Assembly (NCBI GenBank): GCA_964549685.1
Contig: CAZJVE010000004.1
Span: forward strand, 20,687 to 84,686
Length of the DNA: 64,000 bases
Source of the DNA: an uncultured archaeon
GTDB lineage: Archaea; Altiarchaeota; Altiarchaeia; IMC4; QMZM01
Direction: 5' to 3'
The notes under the pieces were generated by a model. It made no database searches. It saw only the letters and a list, made by a program, of their open reading frames with translations, and was not told the origin of the DNA. Both the position numbers and the translations under genes were made by a program. Below are positions 56,131-64,000 of the stretch, in pieces. Position 1 is the first letter of the stretch; each line of letters opens with the position of its first letter.

Positions 56131-57261
56131 TCACCCTGCTATGCAAGCATCGGCGAAGACCTTCATTCCTTCATCATCTGGGAATGCCCCCACCTTTATC
56201 TCACCGTTATTCACGCAGATGAACTGTGGCACGCTGCCGCTCGTCAGGTAATCGCTGAAGCAGTCATCGACTACGGCTCTTGATTCGGCATCGCTCACAT
56301 CGGCCCAGTGGAAGTTGTAGCCCTCGCTCTGGAGATCCTCCACGAGAGGCATCATCTTCTGGCACCATCCGCAGCTGAGGGAATGGTAGAATATTACCGT
56401 GTCCGCTGTCAGATTGTAATTCGCGGAGCATTCCGTCAAGGCATCCTTGTTGCAGACAAGATTTAAGGAACAGGAGTCGTCGTCGCAGTCCACCAACCCA
56501 TCGTCGTTGTCATCGACCCCGTTGTCGCAGATCTCAGCGGCCGGGTCGAATGTCGCGCCGATTCTCAATGAGTAATAATCCCCTGCCTTTTCCAGGAAAT
56601 TCTGTATATTGACATAACCGTCCTCTGATTTCACGGACTCGTCAAACAGCACGGCAGGAAGAAAAACCAGCCCGAGGTCATCGTATAGCTGCTTACCCTC
56701 TTCAGTGCCATAATCCAGTTCCTTTACCTTGATTCCTGGAAAGACCATCTCCAGCTGCTTTATGACTCCGGAGGCATCGCAGTCCGCGCACCTCTTGTCG
56801 CTCAGGACAATCATCTCCAGCGACGTTTCCTTAATCTCCAGCAGAGTTACCTCAAAGATGAGTGTCTCCCCTGCAAGTTGGCCATAAGGATACCCCTTCT
56901 CAGGGGGCACTGTTATGGTTTTGCTCTCCCCGACGGCCATTCCCTTTACTCCATCTTCAAAGCCAGCTATGACCATCCCGTCACCAATTGCAAAGCATAA
57001 CGGCGCATAGGACCTGGCGGCATCATAGAGCCCGGCGTCCCTCGCAACGTCCTCAATGTTCGTGTCAAAAACAGTGCCGTTCTCGAAGCTTCCTATGTAA
57101 TTCAGGCAGACGACGTCGCCCATCACTGATACCTCTCCTGAGGCTATCGTTGTCTCGCCCGAAGGCAGGGTCGTGGTCGTTTCATTATCCGGGTTCTGAA
57201 CACAGCCCAAGAAAATTACCGATAAGATTAATAATCCTGTTAATAGTTTCATGTTGTCCAT
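56131..57261 (-). CDS. Lipoprotein: FKBP-type PPIase fused to thioredoxin-like domains
   Basis: IFLGC lipobox; Y.G.FENGTVFDT, VIAGFE, VPPEKGY, LIFEV; CADC and CGWC motifs; VPQF. Confidence 0.85.
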   Translation of the reverse strand: MDNMKLLTGLLILSVIFLGCVQNPDNETTTTLPSGETTIASGEVSVMGDVVCLNYIGSFENGTVFDTNIEDVARDAGLYDAARSYAPLCFAIGDGMVIAGFEDGVKGMAVGESKTITVPPEKGYPYGQLAGETLIFEVTLLEIKETSLEMIVLSDKRCADCDASGVIKQLEMVFPGIKVKELDYGTEEGKQLYDDLGLVFLPAVLFDESVKSEDGYVNIQNFLEKAGDYYSLRIGATFDPAAEICDNGVDDNDDGLVDCDDDSCSLNLVCNKDALTECSANYNLTADTVIFYHSLSCGWCQKMMPLVEDLQSEGYNFHWADVSDAESRAVVDDCFSDYLTSGSVPQFICVNNGEIKVGAFPDDEGMKVFADACIAG

Positions 57262-57306
57262 TTTTAGCACGGAAAGGATTTAAGAAAGAAGACTTAAAAG
57301 TTGGTT

Positions 57307-57381
57307 TGGGCCCGGCCGGATTCGAACCGGCGATCTTCGCCACGTCAAGGCGACGTCATAACCGGGCTAGACTACGGGCCC
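57307..57381 (-). tRNA. tRNA-Val(GAC)
   Basis: GGGCCCG/CGGGCCC acceptor, TCGCC-TTGACGT-GGCGA anticodon arm, GCCGG-TTCGAAT-CCGGC T-arm. Confidence 0.95.
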
Positions 57382-57493
57382 GAACCTTCATAAGGTTCAC
57401 GAACTATGTAGTATCGCTTCGCGATACTACTTATTGAATTCACCGCGCTATATGGGTGAATTTAGCCGTCCCAACCTGCAGACAAGAATCCAA

Positions 57494-57637
57494 TCACTTC
57501 AAACTCTTGCTTCTCCCGTAGCCGCAGGACGCGCAAATATCCCTTCTCCTGTGTAGTGCGAATTTCCCGCAGCGCGGGCATCTGACGTGAGTGTGCTTCT
57601 TCCCGTGTTTACCAAAACTTGGCGTTCCCTTACCCAT
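57494..57637 (-). CDS. rpl37e: 50S ribosomal protein L37e (47 aa, absent from the ORF track)
   Basis: [10 protein letters not shown]...THVRCPRCG...CASCGYGRS; conserved Sm-L37e linkage. Confidence 0.92.
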   Translation of the reverse strand: MGKGTPSFGKHGKKHTHVRCPRCGKFALHRRRDICASCGYGRSKSLK

Positions 57638-57638
57638 T

Positions 57639-57845
57639 TTACGAAACGAACAGAATCATATCCCCTCTAAGAAAGAGAGTCTTGAACTTCTTCTCAACAT
57701 CCCCATCGCCAAACTCTGCATCATCCAGTACGAGGTTTATGTGGATGTCAAAGGCCTTTAGAACGCCCCTGACCTCAATACCGTTCTTGAGTCTGACAAG
57801 CACCTGGTTATCTAACAGCTCTCCCAACGCATCCAATGGCTTCAT
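57639..57845 (-). CDS. Sm/Lsm protein
   Basis: KPLDAL, VLVRLK, G.LKAFD.HINLVL, FLRGD. Confidence 0.93.
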   Translation of the reverse strand: MKPLDALGELLDNQVLVRLKNGIEVRGVLKAFDIHINLVLDDAEFGDGDVEKKFKTLFLRGDMILFVS

Positions 57846-57891
57846 ATTTATCACCTAACGAATATTAATACTACGTAGCGCGCCTATAAAA

Positions 57892-58923
57892 ATGAGCATG
57901 GAACAGGAGATTGGCAGAAGGGTCGGGAATCTCAGAGAGTCTCTGGAGAGTGATGGAATTGACGCAATTCTCCTGTCGAATTCAAATAATCTAAGGTACC
58001 TTACGGGCAAAGAGAGCGGAAGAATGCTAATATCAGGCGATGATGCAGTGATATGGCTTAGGGAGCTCTACATGGAACTTTATTCATTCGGCAAAGAATT
58101 CGATGTAAGGTCTGATGAGGAGGATGCGGTTAAACACTACATCAAAGAATCCGGCATAAAGAAACTCGCGGTGGAGAACCTACCTATTACTTTGTATGAA
58201 AGACGCAAAGAAGAGCTTCAAATTGAGTTGATTCCGATAAATATCGTGGAGAGATTAAGGGCAGTTAAATCAGATTACGAAATAGAACTCCTGAGGAATT
58301 CCGCCACTATCGCAAAGAAGGGCATGAGCCGGGCCCGTGAGGTTATCGGGGAGGGGGTAAATGAACTGGATGCCGTAGCAGAGATCGAATATGTGATCAG
58401 GAAGGCGGGTTCTGAAACCCCACCGTTCCAGAATGGGATGCTCCTGGCAGCAGGCCCGGACGGAGCCGACATCCATGCCCATGCAGGGATGAAGAAGGTC
58501 AAAGCCGGAGACCTCGTCGTCGTAGACCTCGGCGCAAGGGTCGACGGCTACTACTCGGACATGACACGGACAATTCCGGTAGGGGAACCGAATCCACTGG
58601 CCGCAGATGTTCTTGAATTCATAGAGAACCTACAGGCAGAGGCAATAGACAGAATTCACCCAGGAGTCAGGGCGGGAGACATCCATGATTTCGTAAGCAA
58701 AGAAATAGAAAACAAGGGCTACAAATTCTATCACTCTACCGGCCATGGAATAGGCCTCGACGTCCATGAATTGCCGAATATAGGCCCCAAGTCCGAGGAT
58801 ACACTCGGGCCGGGCATGGCCTTCACCATCGAGCCGGGGGTCTACATCCCTGGCAAATTCGGCGTCAGGTTCGAGGACACCTTCATCATGAAAAAAAACA
58901 AGGCCGAGACAATCACCAGATAA
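57892..58923 (+). CDS. Xaa-Pro aminopeptidase (M24)
   Basis: LRAVKS..EI, DLG....GY.SD.TRT, HSTGHGIGLDVHE, IEPGVY, GVRFED. Confidence 0.92.
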   Translation: MSMEQEIGRRVGNLRESLESDGIDAILLSNSNNLRYLTGKESGRMLISGDDAVIWLRELYMELYSFGKEFDVRSDEEDAVKHYIKESGIKKLAVENLPITLYERRKEELQIELIPINIVERLRAVKSDYEIELLRNSATIAKKGMSRAREVIGEGVNELDAVAEIEYVIRKAGSETPPFQNGMLLAAGPDGADIHAHAGMKKVKAGDLVVVDLGARVDGYYSDMTRTIPVGEPNPLAADVLEFIENLQAEAIDRIHPGVRAGDIHDFVSKEIENKGYKFYHSTGHGIGLDVHELPNIGPKSEDTLGPGMAFTIEPGVYIPGKFGVRFEDTFIMKKNKAETITR

Positions 58924-59285
58924 TGGCACGAAGACACAGCATCGAAAGGGAGAGGCGGAGGAAAATCGCAAGGGAGAGGATAGGCTACCTCATGAACCTG
59001 GCCGATGAGGCAGCATCAATGGGCGGCCTTGACGTTGCCACCGACTACGTGAAGCAGGCCCGGGAGCTCGGCATGAAGTACACGGTCCGTCTCCCCACGG
59101 AGTACAAGAGAAAGTTCTGCAAGTACTGCTACAAATATCTCAAGCCCATGATATCCTCGAGGAGCAGGACAAATTCCGAAAAGAAAAGGGTCGAGGTGAA
59201 GTGCCTGAACTGCGGCAGGGTCATGTTCTTCCCCTACGGGAGGGAGAAAAAGGAACGGAGGAGGAAACGGAATGAGGGGGGATAA
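58923..59285 (+). CDS. rnp4: RNase P protein component 4 (Rpp21)
   Basis: IARERI, KRKFCKYC, CLNCG. Confidence 0.9.
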   Translation: MARRHSIERERRRKIARERIGYLMNLADEAASMGGLDVATDYVKQARELGMKYTVRLPTEYKRKFCKYCYKYLKPMISSRSRTNSEKKRVEVKCLNCGRVMFFPYGREKKERRRKRNEGG

Positions 59286-59532
59286 CACCATTCAAATAGG
59301 GAAGAACGGGATTACTGACAATTTAATTATTGAGATAAAGAACCAACTCAAAAAGAAGAAAGAATTAAAGGTGAAAATTCTCAAGTCTGCAAGGATGGAA
59401 AAAGACAGGAAGGAAATCGCAGCCGAGGTCGCAGAAAGAACGAGGTCCCGCCTCCTGCAGCTTCGAGGCAACGTATTCATATTATCCAAGAAACTAACAA
59501 TTGAACAATGGAAGAAATCAAACAAAAAATAG
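59272..59532 (+). CDS. YhbY/CRM RNA-binding protein
   Basis: IQIGKNGIT, EIKNQL, KVKIL, RGNVFIL. Confidence 0.88.
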   Translation: MRGDNTIQIGKNGITDNLIIEIKNQLKKKKELKVKILKSARMEKDRKEIAAEVAERTRSRLLQLRGNVFILSKKLTIEQWKKSNKK

Positions 59533-59759
59533 ATGATTACTTGGAGAAGGCCAAGCCCCTCTTTAAGGACATAGAAATTCAAACCCCTTCCGATATCAAT
59601 ATTGAAAAAATATCTGTAGAATTCAAGCAGATGGCCCTAGCCTACTACAACGACGCGAAGCACTTCTACGAGGTTGGAGAGTACGCCAATGCATTGGCCG
59701 CATTAGAATACGCCGAGGGCTGGCTGGATGCAGGAAAAAGACTGGGAATTTTCAAATAG
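59508..59759 (+). CDS. DUF357 family protein
   Basis: MA.AYY.DA.HF...G...NAL.ALEYA.GWLDAG.RLG. Confidence 0.88.
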   Translation: MEEIKQKIDDYLEKAKPLFKDIEIQTPSDINIEKISVEFKQMALAYYNDAKHFYEVGEYANALAALEYAEGWLDAGKRLGIFK

Positions 59760-60719
59760 TTACATCATAGGGGCCTGCACCTTCTGCAGAATCTTGGATA
59801 TCACGTCATCTGTTGTGGTGCCGGTATCCGCATATTCCGGATAGAGAATCACCCGATGTCTCATAATCGGGAACGCCAGCTTCCTTATGTCCTGCGGTTT
59901 GACATGGTCGCGCCCCTCGATGAACGCCCTGGCCTTCGCGCCCCTCATGAACGCTATCGATGCTCTGGGGCTTGCCCCTGTCGCAAGCTCCCTCCTCTGC
60001 CTCGTCTCGTCGATAACCCTGACGACGTAATCCAGGATAGAATCCGACATGAAGACGGTATCCTCAATCTCCTTCTGGATTATCTGGATTTCAGCCGGGT
60101 TGAATACGCTGCCGAGCTCGTGCTTGCCCGACTTCGACTTCATTATCATTACCTCCTCCTCGGTCGACAGGTACTTGAGGACGGACTTGAACATGAACCT
60201 GTCCTGCTGTGCCTCGGGCAGGGGGTAGACGCCCTCCTGCTCCAGGGGATTCTGTGTTGCTATGACAACGAAGGGCTGGGGCAACGGATAGGTCTTGCCG
60301 CTTATGCTGATATGCTTTTCCTCCATGGCCTCCAGCAGCGCGGACTGGGTCTTTGGAGGCGCTCTGTTAATCTCATCCATGAGCAATATATTGGTAAAGA
60401 CCGCCCCCTTCCTGAGGGTATACTGCCTGGTGTTCTCGTCATACCTCATCTCGCCCGTAATGTCCTTTGCAGTCAAATCGGGGGTGCCCTGCAGCCTCTT
60501 GAATTCGCACTCGAGGACATCGGAGATGGTGTTCGTCAAGACAGTCTTACCCATTCCGGGAACGCTTTCCAGAAGAATGTGGCCCCCGGCAAACAGGGCG
60601 ATTACGATATCCTCTATCACCTCGTCATTGCCGATTATAACCTTGTGAACCTCGTTATAGAGCTGAGCGAACTGCTGCTTTATGTCCTTGTCCCTCTCAA
60701 CACCCTGGGTTGTGGCCAT
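59760..60719 (-). CDS. MoxR-family AAA+ ATPase
   Basis: GHILLESVPGMGKT, TPDL, DEINRAPPKTQSALLEAM, ATQNP.EQEG.YPLPEAQ.DRF, GASPR. Confidence 0.93.
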   Translation of the reverse strand: MATTQGVERDKDIKQQFAQLYNEVHKVIIGNDEVIEDIVIALFAGGHILLESVPGMGKTVLTNTISDVLECEFKRLQGTPDLTAKDITGEMRYDENTRQYTLRKGAVFTNILLMDEINRAPPKTQSALLEAMEEKHISISGKTYPLPQPFVVIATQNPLEQEGVYPLPEAQQDRFMFKSVLKYLSTEEEVMIMKSKSGKHELGSVFNPAEIQIIQKEIEDTVFMSDSILDYVVRVIDETRQRRELATGASPRASIAFMRGAKARAFIEGRDHVKPQDIRKLAFPIMRHRVILYPEYADTGTTTDDVISKILQKVQAPMM

Positions 60720-60752
60720 CTTAAATATATACTTCTTCTTCCTACTATAAAT

Positions 60753-63700
60753 CTATTTCACAATCTCCACCGAAACATCATCGGAGCTCATCATATAGTT
60801 GTGCCCCTTTCCGTCCTTGTAGGTCATATCAAAAAGCTTGAACTGGAATTTACCCGCGCTCTTTGGCATTAACTCAACCTGGATGTTCTTCGCCTCCCCT
60901 GCCTTAATAGCAGGAATCTCGCCAGGGGCCTTTTTTACCTCAAAGTTCTCGGGAAGCCGGGTGAGGAACCTTACGCCCTGCACATCATTGTCCCACTCGT
61001 TCTTTATGGAAATCTTTACGGCCAGCGGTTTGTTTGCATTTACCTTTTTTGGGAAGCTTATCGATAATGAGATGGCCGGCTTCCTCTGAATCTCGTCCAT
61101 CAGCATCCCAATCTCACCCTGGTTCTTATCGATGATTTTTTCCTCATCCTCATTCCAGCCACCCTTCCTGAGCGCATCCTCGAAACTCTTTTTCGATTTA
61201 TCCAGGTATTTCTTTGCTTCAGGATACTTACCTCGCTTTATGAGCTTCTTTGCCGCGACCTTTGAGACGAAGGCATCTATCGCTATTATGTGACTGTCAA
61301 TAAGGAGCTTGTCGGAGTGCCTTTTACCCTCGCTCTTTGTCTTTTTATAGGACTCCAGGGCAATCTTGAAGTATCTCTCTGCTTCCGGGAGATTATTGAT
61401 TCTCTCATAAATCTCACCGACACCATTGTGGGCCTCGCTAATTCTTTTTAAGTGAGTGAAACCCAGATTCTTTTTACTCTTCATCCCCTCTACGTATTTC
61501 AGGTAGCAGTCAACGGCTTTATGGTAGGACTTCTCCATCTCCACGTCCTCACCGAATCTTTCCTGGGTTTCCGCAACCCTCCTGTACCCATCTCCAGCAT
61601 GGAAGTAATTCTGGTTTCCAAGCTGGTTTTTTGCATATTCCTGATAGGAGCTTATCGCAACCCTGTAGTTTTTGTAATCCCCGCTTACTTTCTCAACGAC
61701 CTCGATTATTACCGGGTTTGACGATTTGACATACTTGTTATTAGCCTCATCATGATAGAGCACCTCAAGTGGCTTTACGTGGTACCTTCCCGCTTTGTCC
61801 GAAACCATCTCTATCGAATTCCTGCTGGACCCATCGGGCTTTATCTCGGCTATCTCTGTCGGCAGGACGACCACCCTCAGTTCCTCAGGAATGTGGGGAA
61901 GGAACGTTATGTTCCTGATTGGATTCTTGCCGTGGTTCGTCACAACCACGTTCACTATGACTGCCTCCTTGACGAAGGTGTACGAGTGCCTGTCCAGAAG
62001 CAGCGTTACCTCTGGCTTATCGCCTATCTCACCAAGCAGTTGCTTCGCCTTCTCCAGTGTGTCGTTTAGGAATTTTGCATACTCCTCATCCCATTTACCT
62101 TTTTCTATCGATTCGCTGATGTTTTTTATCGTCTTATTCAGCTCCTCGTTTGCAACCGTATAATCTCCCTGCTGGGTGGCCCTGCTTGCCTTTGTCATTG
62201 ACAGGAAGCCGCTGCTTAGAAGCTCCTCGGTGGCCATCTTCTTCTCCTTGAAGTATGAAACCGCCTTCTCAAAGTACCTCTCGGATTTCTGGAATTCGCC
62301 CAGGATTCTGTATGATTCTCCAATCTCATGATTGGCCTTTCCGGGGTTTGCTTCATCGCCCTTTTTCATACCCAGCCCTTCGGTTTCGTCTATGTAAGCG
62401 AGATACTGCTTTATCGCCTTCGTATAGTTCCTGTTGGCTGCCACCTTGTTTCCAAGCCTGATGCTGCATTCTGCCACCTTCTCATACCCCTCTCCGGAAC
62501 GGAAATATGTTTTCTCCTTTTCCTGCTCCTTTGCATACTTGAGGTAAAGGTCCATGGCGGACTTATAGTCTTTGCACTTCCAGTTTGAATCCGCCGCCTT
62601 TATCACCTCGCCTGCATCTTCGTAAAGCCTTGCTGCCTCTTTGTATATGGAGACGGCCTTGTCATAGTCTACTTTGGACTCTATCTCGGCGGCCTTGTAA
62701 TAAACCTTGGCGGCCGACAGGAGCCCCTTCATGCCCTCATAGCCTGCCCCTGCCCTCCTGTAAAGCTCCACTGCTTCTTCTATTTTCTTTTCCTTCAGAT
62801 TCTTTTTTGCGCCTTTTATGTAGGCCTCGGCTGCAAGCTTGTAGCCGGAAGCGGCAACGGAATCATCATCCTCTTTGAAACCGATTTCTGCATAACTGAA
62901 GTACGAATCCCCCGCATCCTCGAATTCCTTCACCTCCTCATGGCATTCCCCAATGACCTTGTAAACATTGGCAGCATCCATGTATTTTTTGAGTTTTACC
63001 TTGATGTTGGCCGCCTTTTCATAATAGCGTATCGCGGTATTACAATCCTTTTTACCTCTATAGCACCTTCCAATGCTCTCGTAGTTGTTGCTTGCTGCAA
63101 GCCTGTCGCTGTCCTTGGCGAATTCCGCCGAGGACATGTAATAGTAAATGGCAGTGTCATAGTCCTTTGTATCCTCATAGTCCTTGGCTATGGCGCCGTA
63201 TGTTTTGATAAGGTTTGGAACGTGCTCCAGCTTGGAACTCAGCGTGGCGGACATTATGTAGTGCTTAAGCGCCTTCTTATGCTGCCCCATCCTCCTGTAG
63301 AGCTCCGCGGCCCTCTCATAGCCGGAGCTCGCGCCGGAGATATTCCTTATCCCCTTGTTCATTTCAGCGGATTTCATATGAACCTTCAGCGCGGATTTAT
63401 AGTCCTCCCCTTTTTCATAGAACTCAGCGCCCTTTCCATACATCGATGTCGCAGCGAGGTAGTCCTTAATCCTCTCGTACATCTCCCCTATCTCTATGTA
63501 AACCTCGCCGGCCTTCTTGTAATTCTCAGCCTCTTCGTAGCGCTTGGCAGCAATCTCATAGTTCTTATGGGCCTCGTTATACTTCTTAACATCACTGTAG
63601 ATTCTTGCAACCTTCATGTAGTTCTTGGCTGCATGCTTCAAATCCTCCATCCTGTCTTTCTGCGTCAGGTGCATTGCGTTCTCGTAGCAGCCCGCTATCT

Positions 63701-63974
63701 TGAGATAGTAAGGGGCGAGGCTGAAATAGCTCTTTAGAGTAGTGCCGGGCCTCGATTCGATAATCTTGAGCTTTGCCTTCATGAACTTCAGATAGGCGTC
63801 GAGTGCCTTGTCGAATTGCTTCACGTTCTCCTGCGCCCTTGCTTCGTTGAGCCATTTCTGCGCCTCCATGTCCTCCTTCTTCTCACCCACGAACTTCTTT
63901 GCGCCCTTCCCCTCCTTTAGAATTTCCTTCTTGGCTTCATCCACAAGGCTGTCGAGAGGATTCTTCTTCGCCAT
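60753..63974 (-). CDS. Cytoplasmic SNAP/TPR-like repeat protein with two BatD/Ig-like domains
   Basis: ~20-aa A..Y..AA..Y repeats; duplicated helical-plus-Ig module; no signal peptide or TM. Confidence 0.75.
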   Translation of the reverse strand: MAKKNPLDSLVDEAKKEILKEGKGAKKFVGEKKEDMEAQKWLNEARAQENVKQFDKALDAYLKFMKAKLKIIESRPGTTLKSYFSLAPYYLKIAGCYENAMHLTQKDRMEDLKHAAKNYMKVARIYSDVKKYNEAHKNYEIAAKRYEEAENYKKAGEVYIEIGEMYERIKDYLAATSMYGKGAEFYEKGEDYKSALKVHMKSAEMNKGIRNISGASSGYERAAELYRRMGQHKKALKHYIMSATLSSKLEHVPNLIKTYGAIAKDYEDTKDYDTAIYYYMSSAEFAKDSDRLAASNNYESIGRCYRGKKDCNTAIRYYEKAANIKVKLKKYMDAANVYKVIGECHEEVKEFEDAGDSYFSYAEIGFKEDDDSVAASGYKLAAEAYIKGAKKNLKEKKIEEAVELYRRAGAGYEGMKGLLSAAKVYYKAAEIESKVDYDKAVSIYKEAARLYEDAGEVIKAADSNWKCKDYKSAMDLYLKYAKEQEKEKTYFRSGEGYEKVAECSIRLGNKVAANRNYTKAIKQYLAYIDETEGLGMKKGDEANPGKANHEIGESYRILGEFQKSERYFEKAVSYFKEKKMATEELLSSGFLSMTKASRATQQGDYTVANEELNKTIKNISESIEKGKWDEEYAKFLNDTLEKAKQLLGEIGDKPEVTLLLDRHSYTFVKEAVIVNVVVTNHGKNPIRNITFLPHIPEELRVVVLPTEIAEIKPDGSSRNSIEMVSDKAGRYHVKPLEVLYHDEANNKYVKSSNPVIIEVVEKVSGDYKNYRVAISSYQEYAKNQLGNQNYFHAGDGYRRVAETQERFGEDVEMEKSYHKAVDCYLKYVEGMKSKKNLGFTHLKRISEAHNGVGEIYERINNLPEAERYFKIALESYKKTKSEGKRHSDKLLIDSHIIAIDAFVSKVAAKKLIKRGKYPEAKKYLDKSKKSFEDALRKGGWNEDEEKIIDKNQGEIGMLMDEIQRKPAISLSISFPKKVNANKPLAVKISIKNEWDNDVQGVRFLTRLPENFEVKKAPGEIPAIKAGEAKNIQVELMPKSAGKFQFKLFDMTYKDGKGHNYMMSSDDVSVEIVK

Positions 63975-64000
63975 CAGTAATTTATTAGATTACGGGATAA

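Noticed and set aside
59760-60719. NSF/Cdc48-type eukaryotic signature ATPase next to the SNAP-like protein
   Set aside because: It is a single AAA domain with clear MoxR motifs, not the NSF clade.
59856-60872. 338-aa + strand ORF and other long antisense ORFs (e.g. 33819-34781, 62940-63737)
   Set aside because: They lie opposite well-supported genes and have no motifs of their own.

Overview
Archaeal chromosomal segment. Markers include rps8e, rpl37e, aIF-2beta, aIF-5A, Sm, Rpp30/Rpp21, G1P dehydrogenase, GGGP synthase, geranylgeranyl reductase, archaeal RibC and DHQS II. Class III pilins, giant Cys/Thr-rich surface proteins and intact biosynthetic genes suggest Ca. Altiarchaeota or a related lineage (inference only). 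Bases 1-19.4 kb form a surface/accessory block: a 5'-truncated lamin-tail-domain protein, an AT-rich two-gene insert, a beta-helix/C25 gingipain-like protein, a HerA/VirB4-like ATPase fused to a ~870-aa ectodomain, then ParA, an 820-aa Trp-repeat coiled coil with ParB-like N-terminal peptides and an 80-aa partner. The rest is mostly housekeeping (riboflavin, branched-chain amino acids, homoserine, lipids, translation, tRNA-Cys, tRNA-Val), interspersed with beta-propeller/TPR membrane proteins, a type IV pilus locus with five pilins, and a MoxR plus SNAP/TPR-repeat pair. Best candidates for new biology: (1) the ParA/coiled-coil/membrane ATPase module; (2) two pilin genes with identical constant blocks around a variable core; (3) a split, complementary DHQS II pair; (4) structured tRNA leaders sharing a GAAC/GUUC hairpin; (5) an acidic-tailed coiled-coil histone. 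No CRISPR array, rRNA, transposase or integrase was seen. All annotations are from motif recognition by eye; no searches were run.
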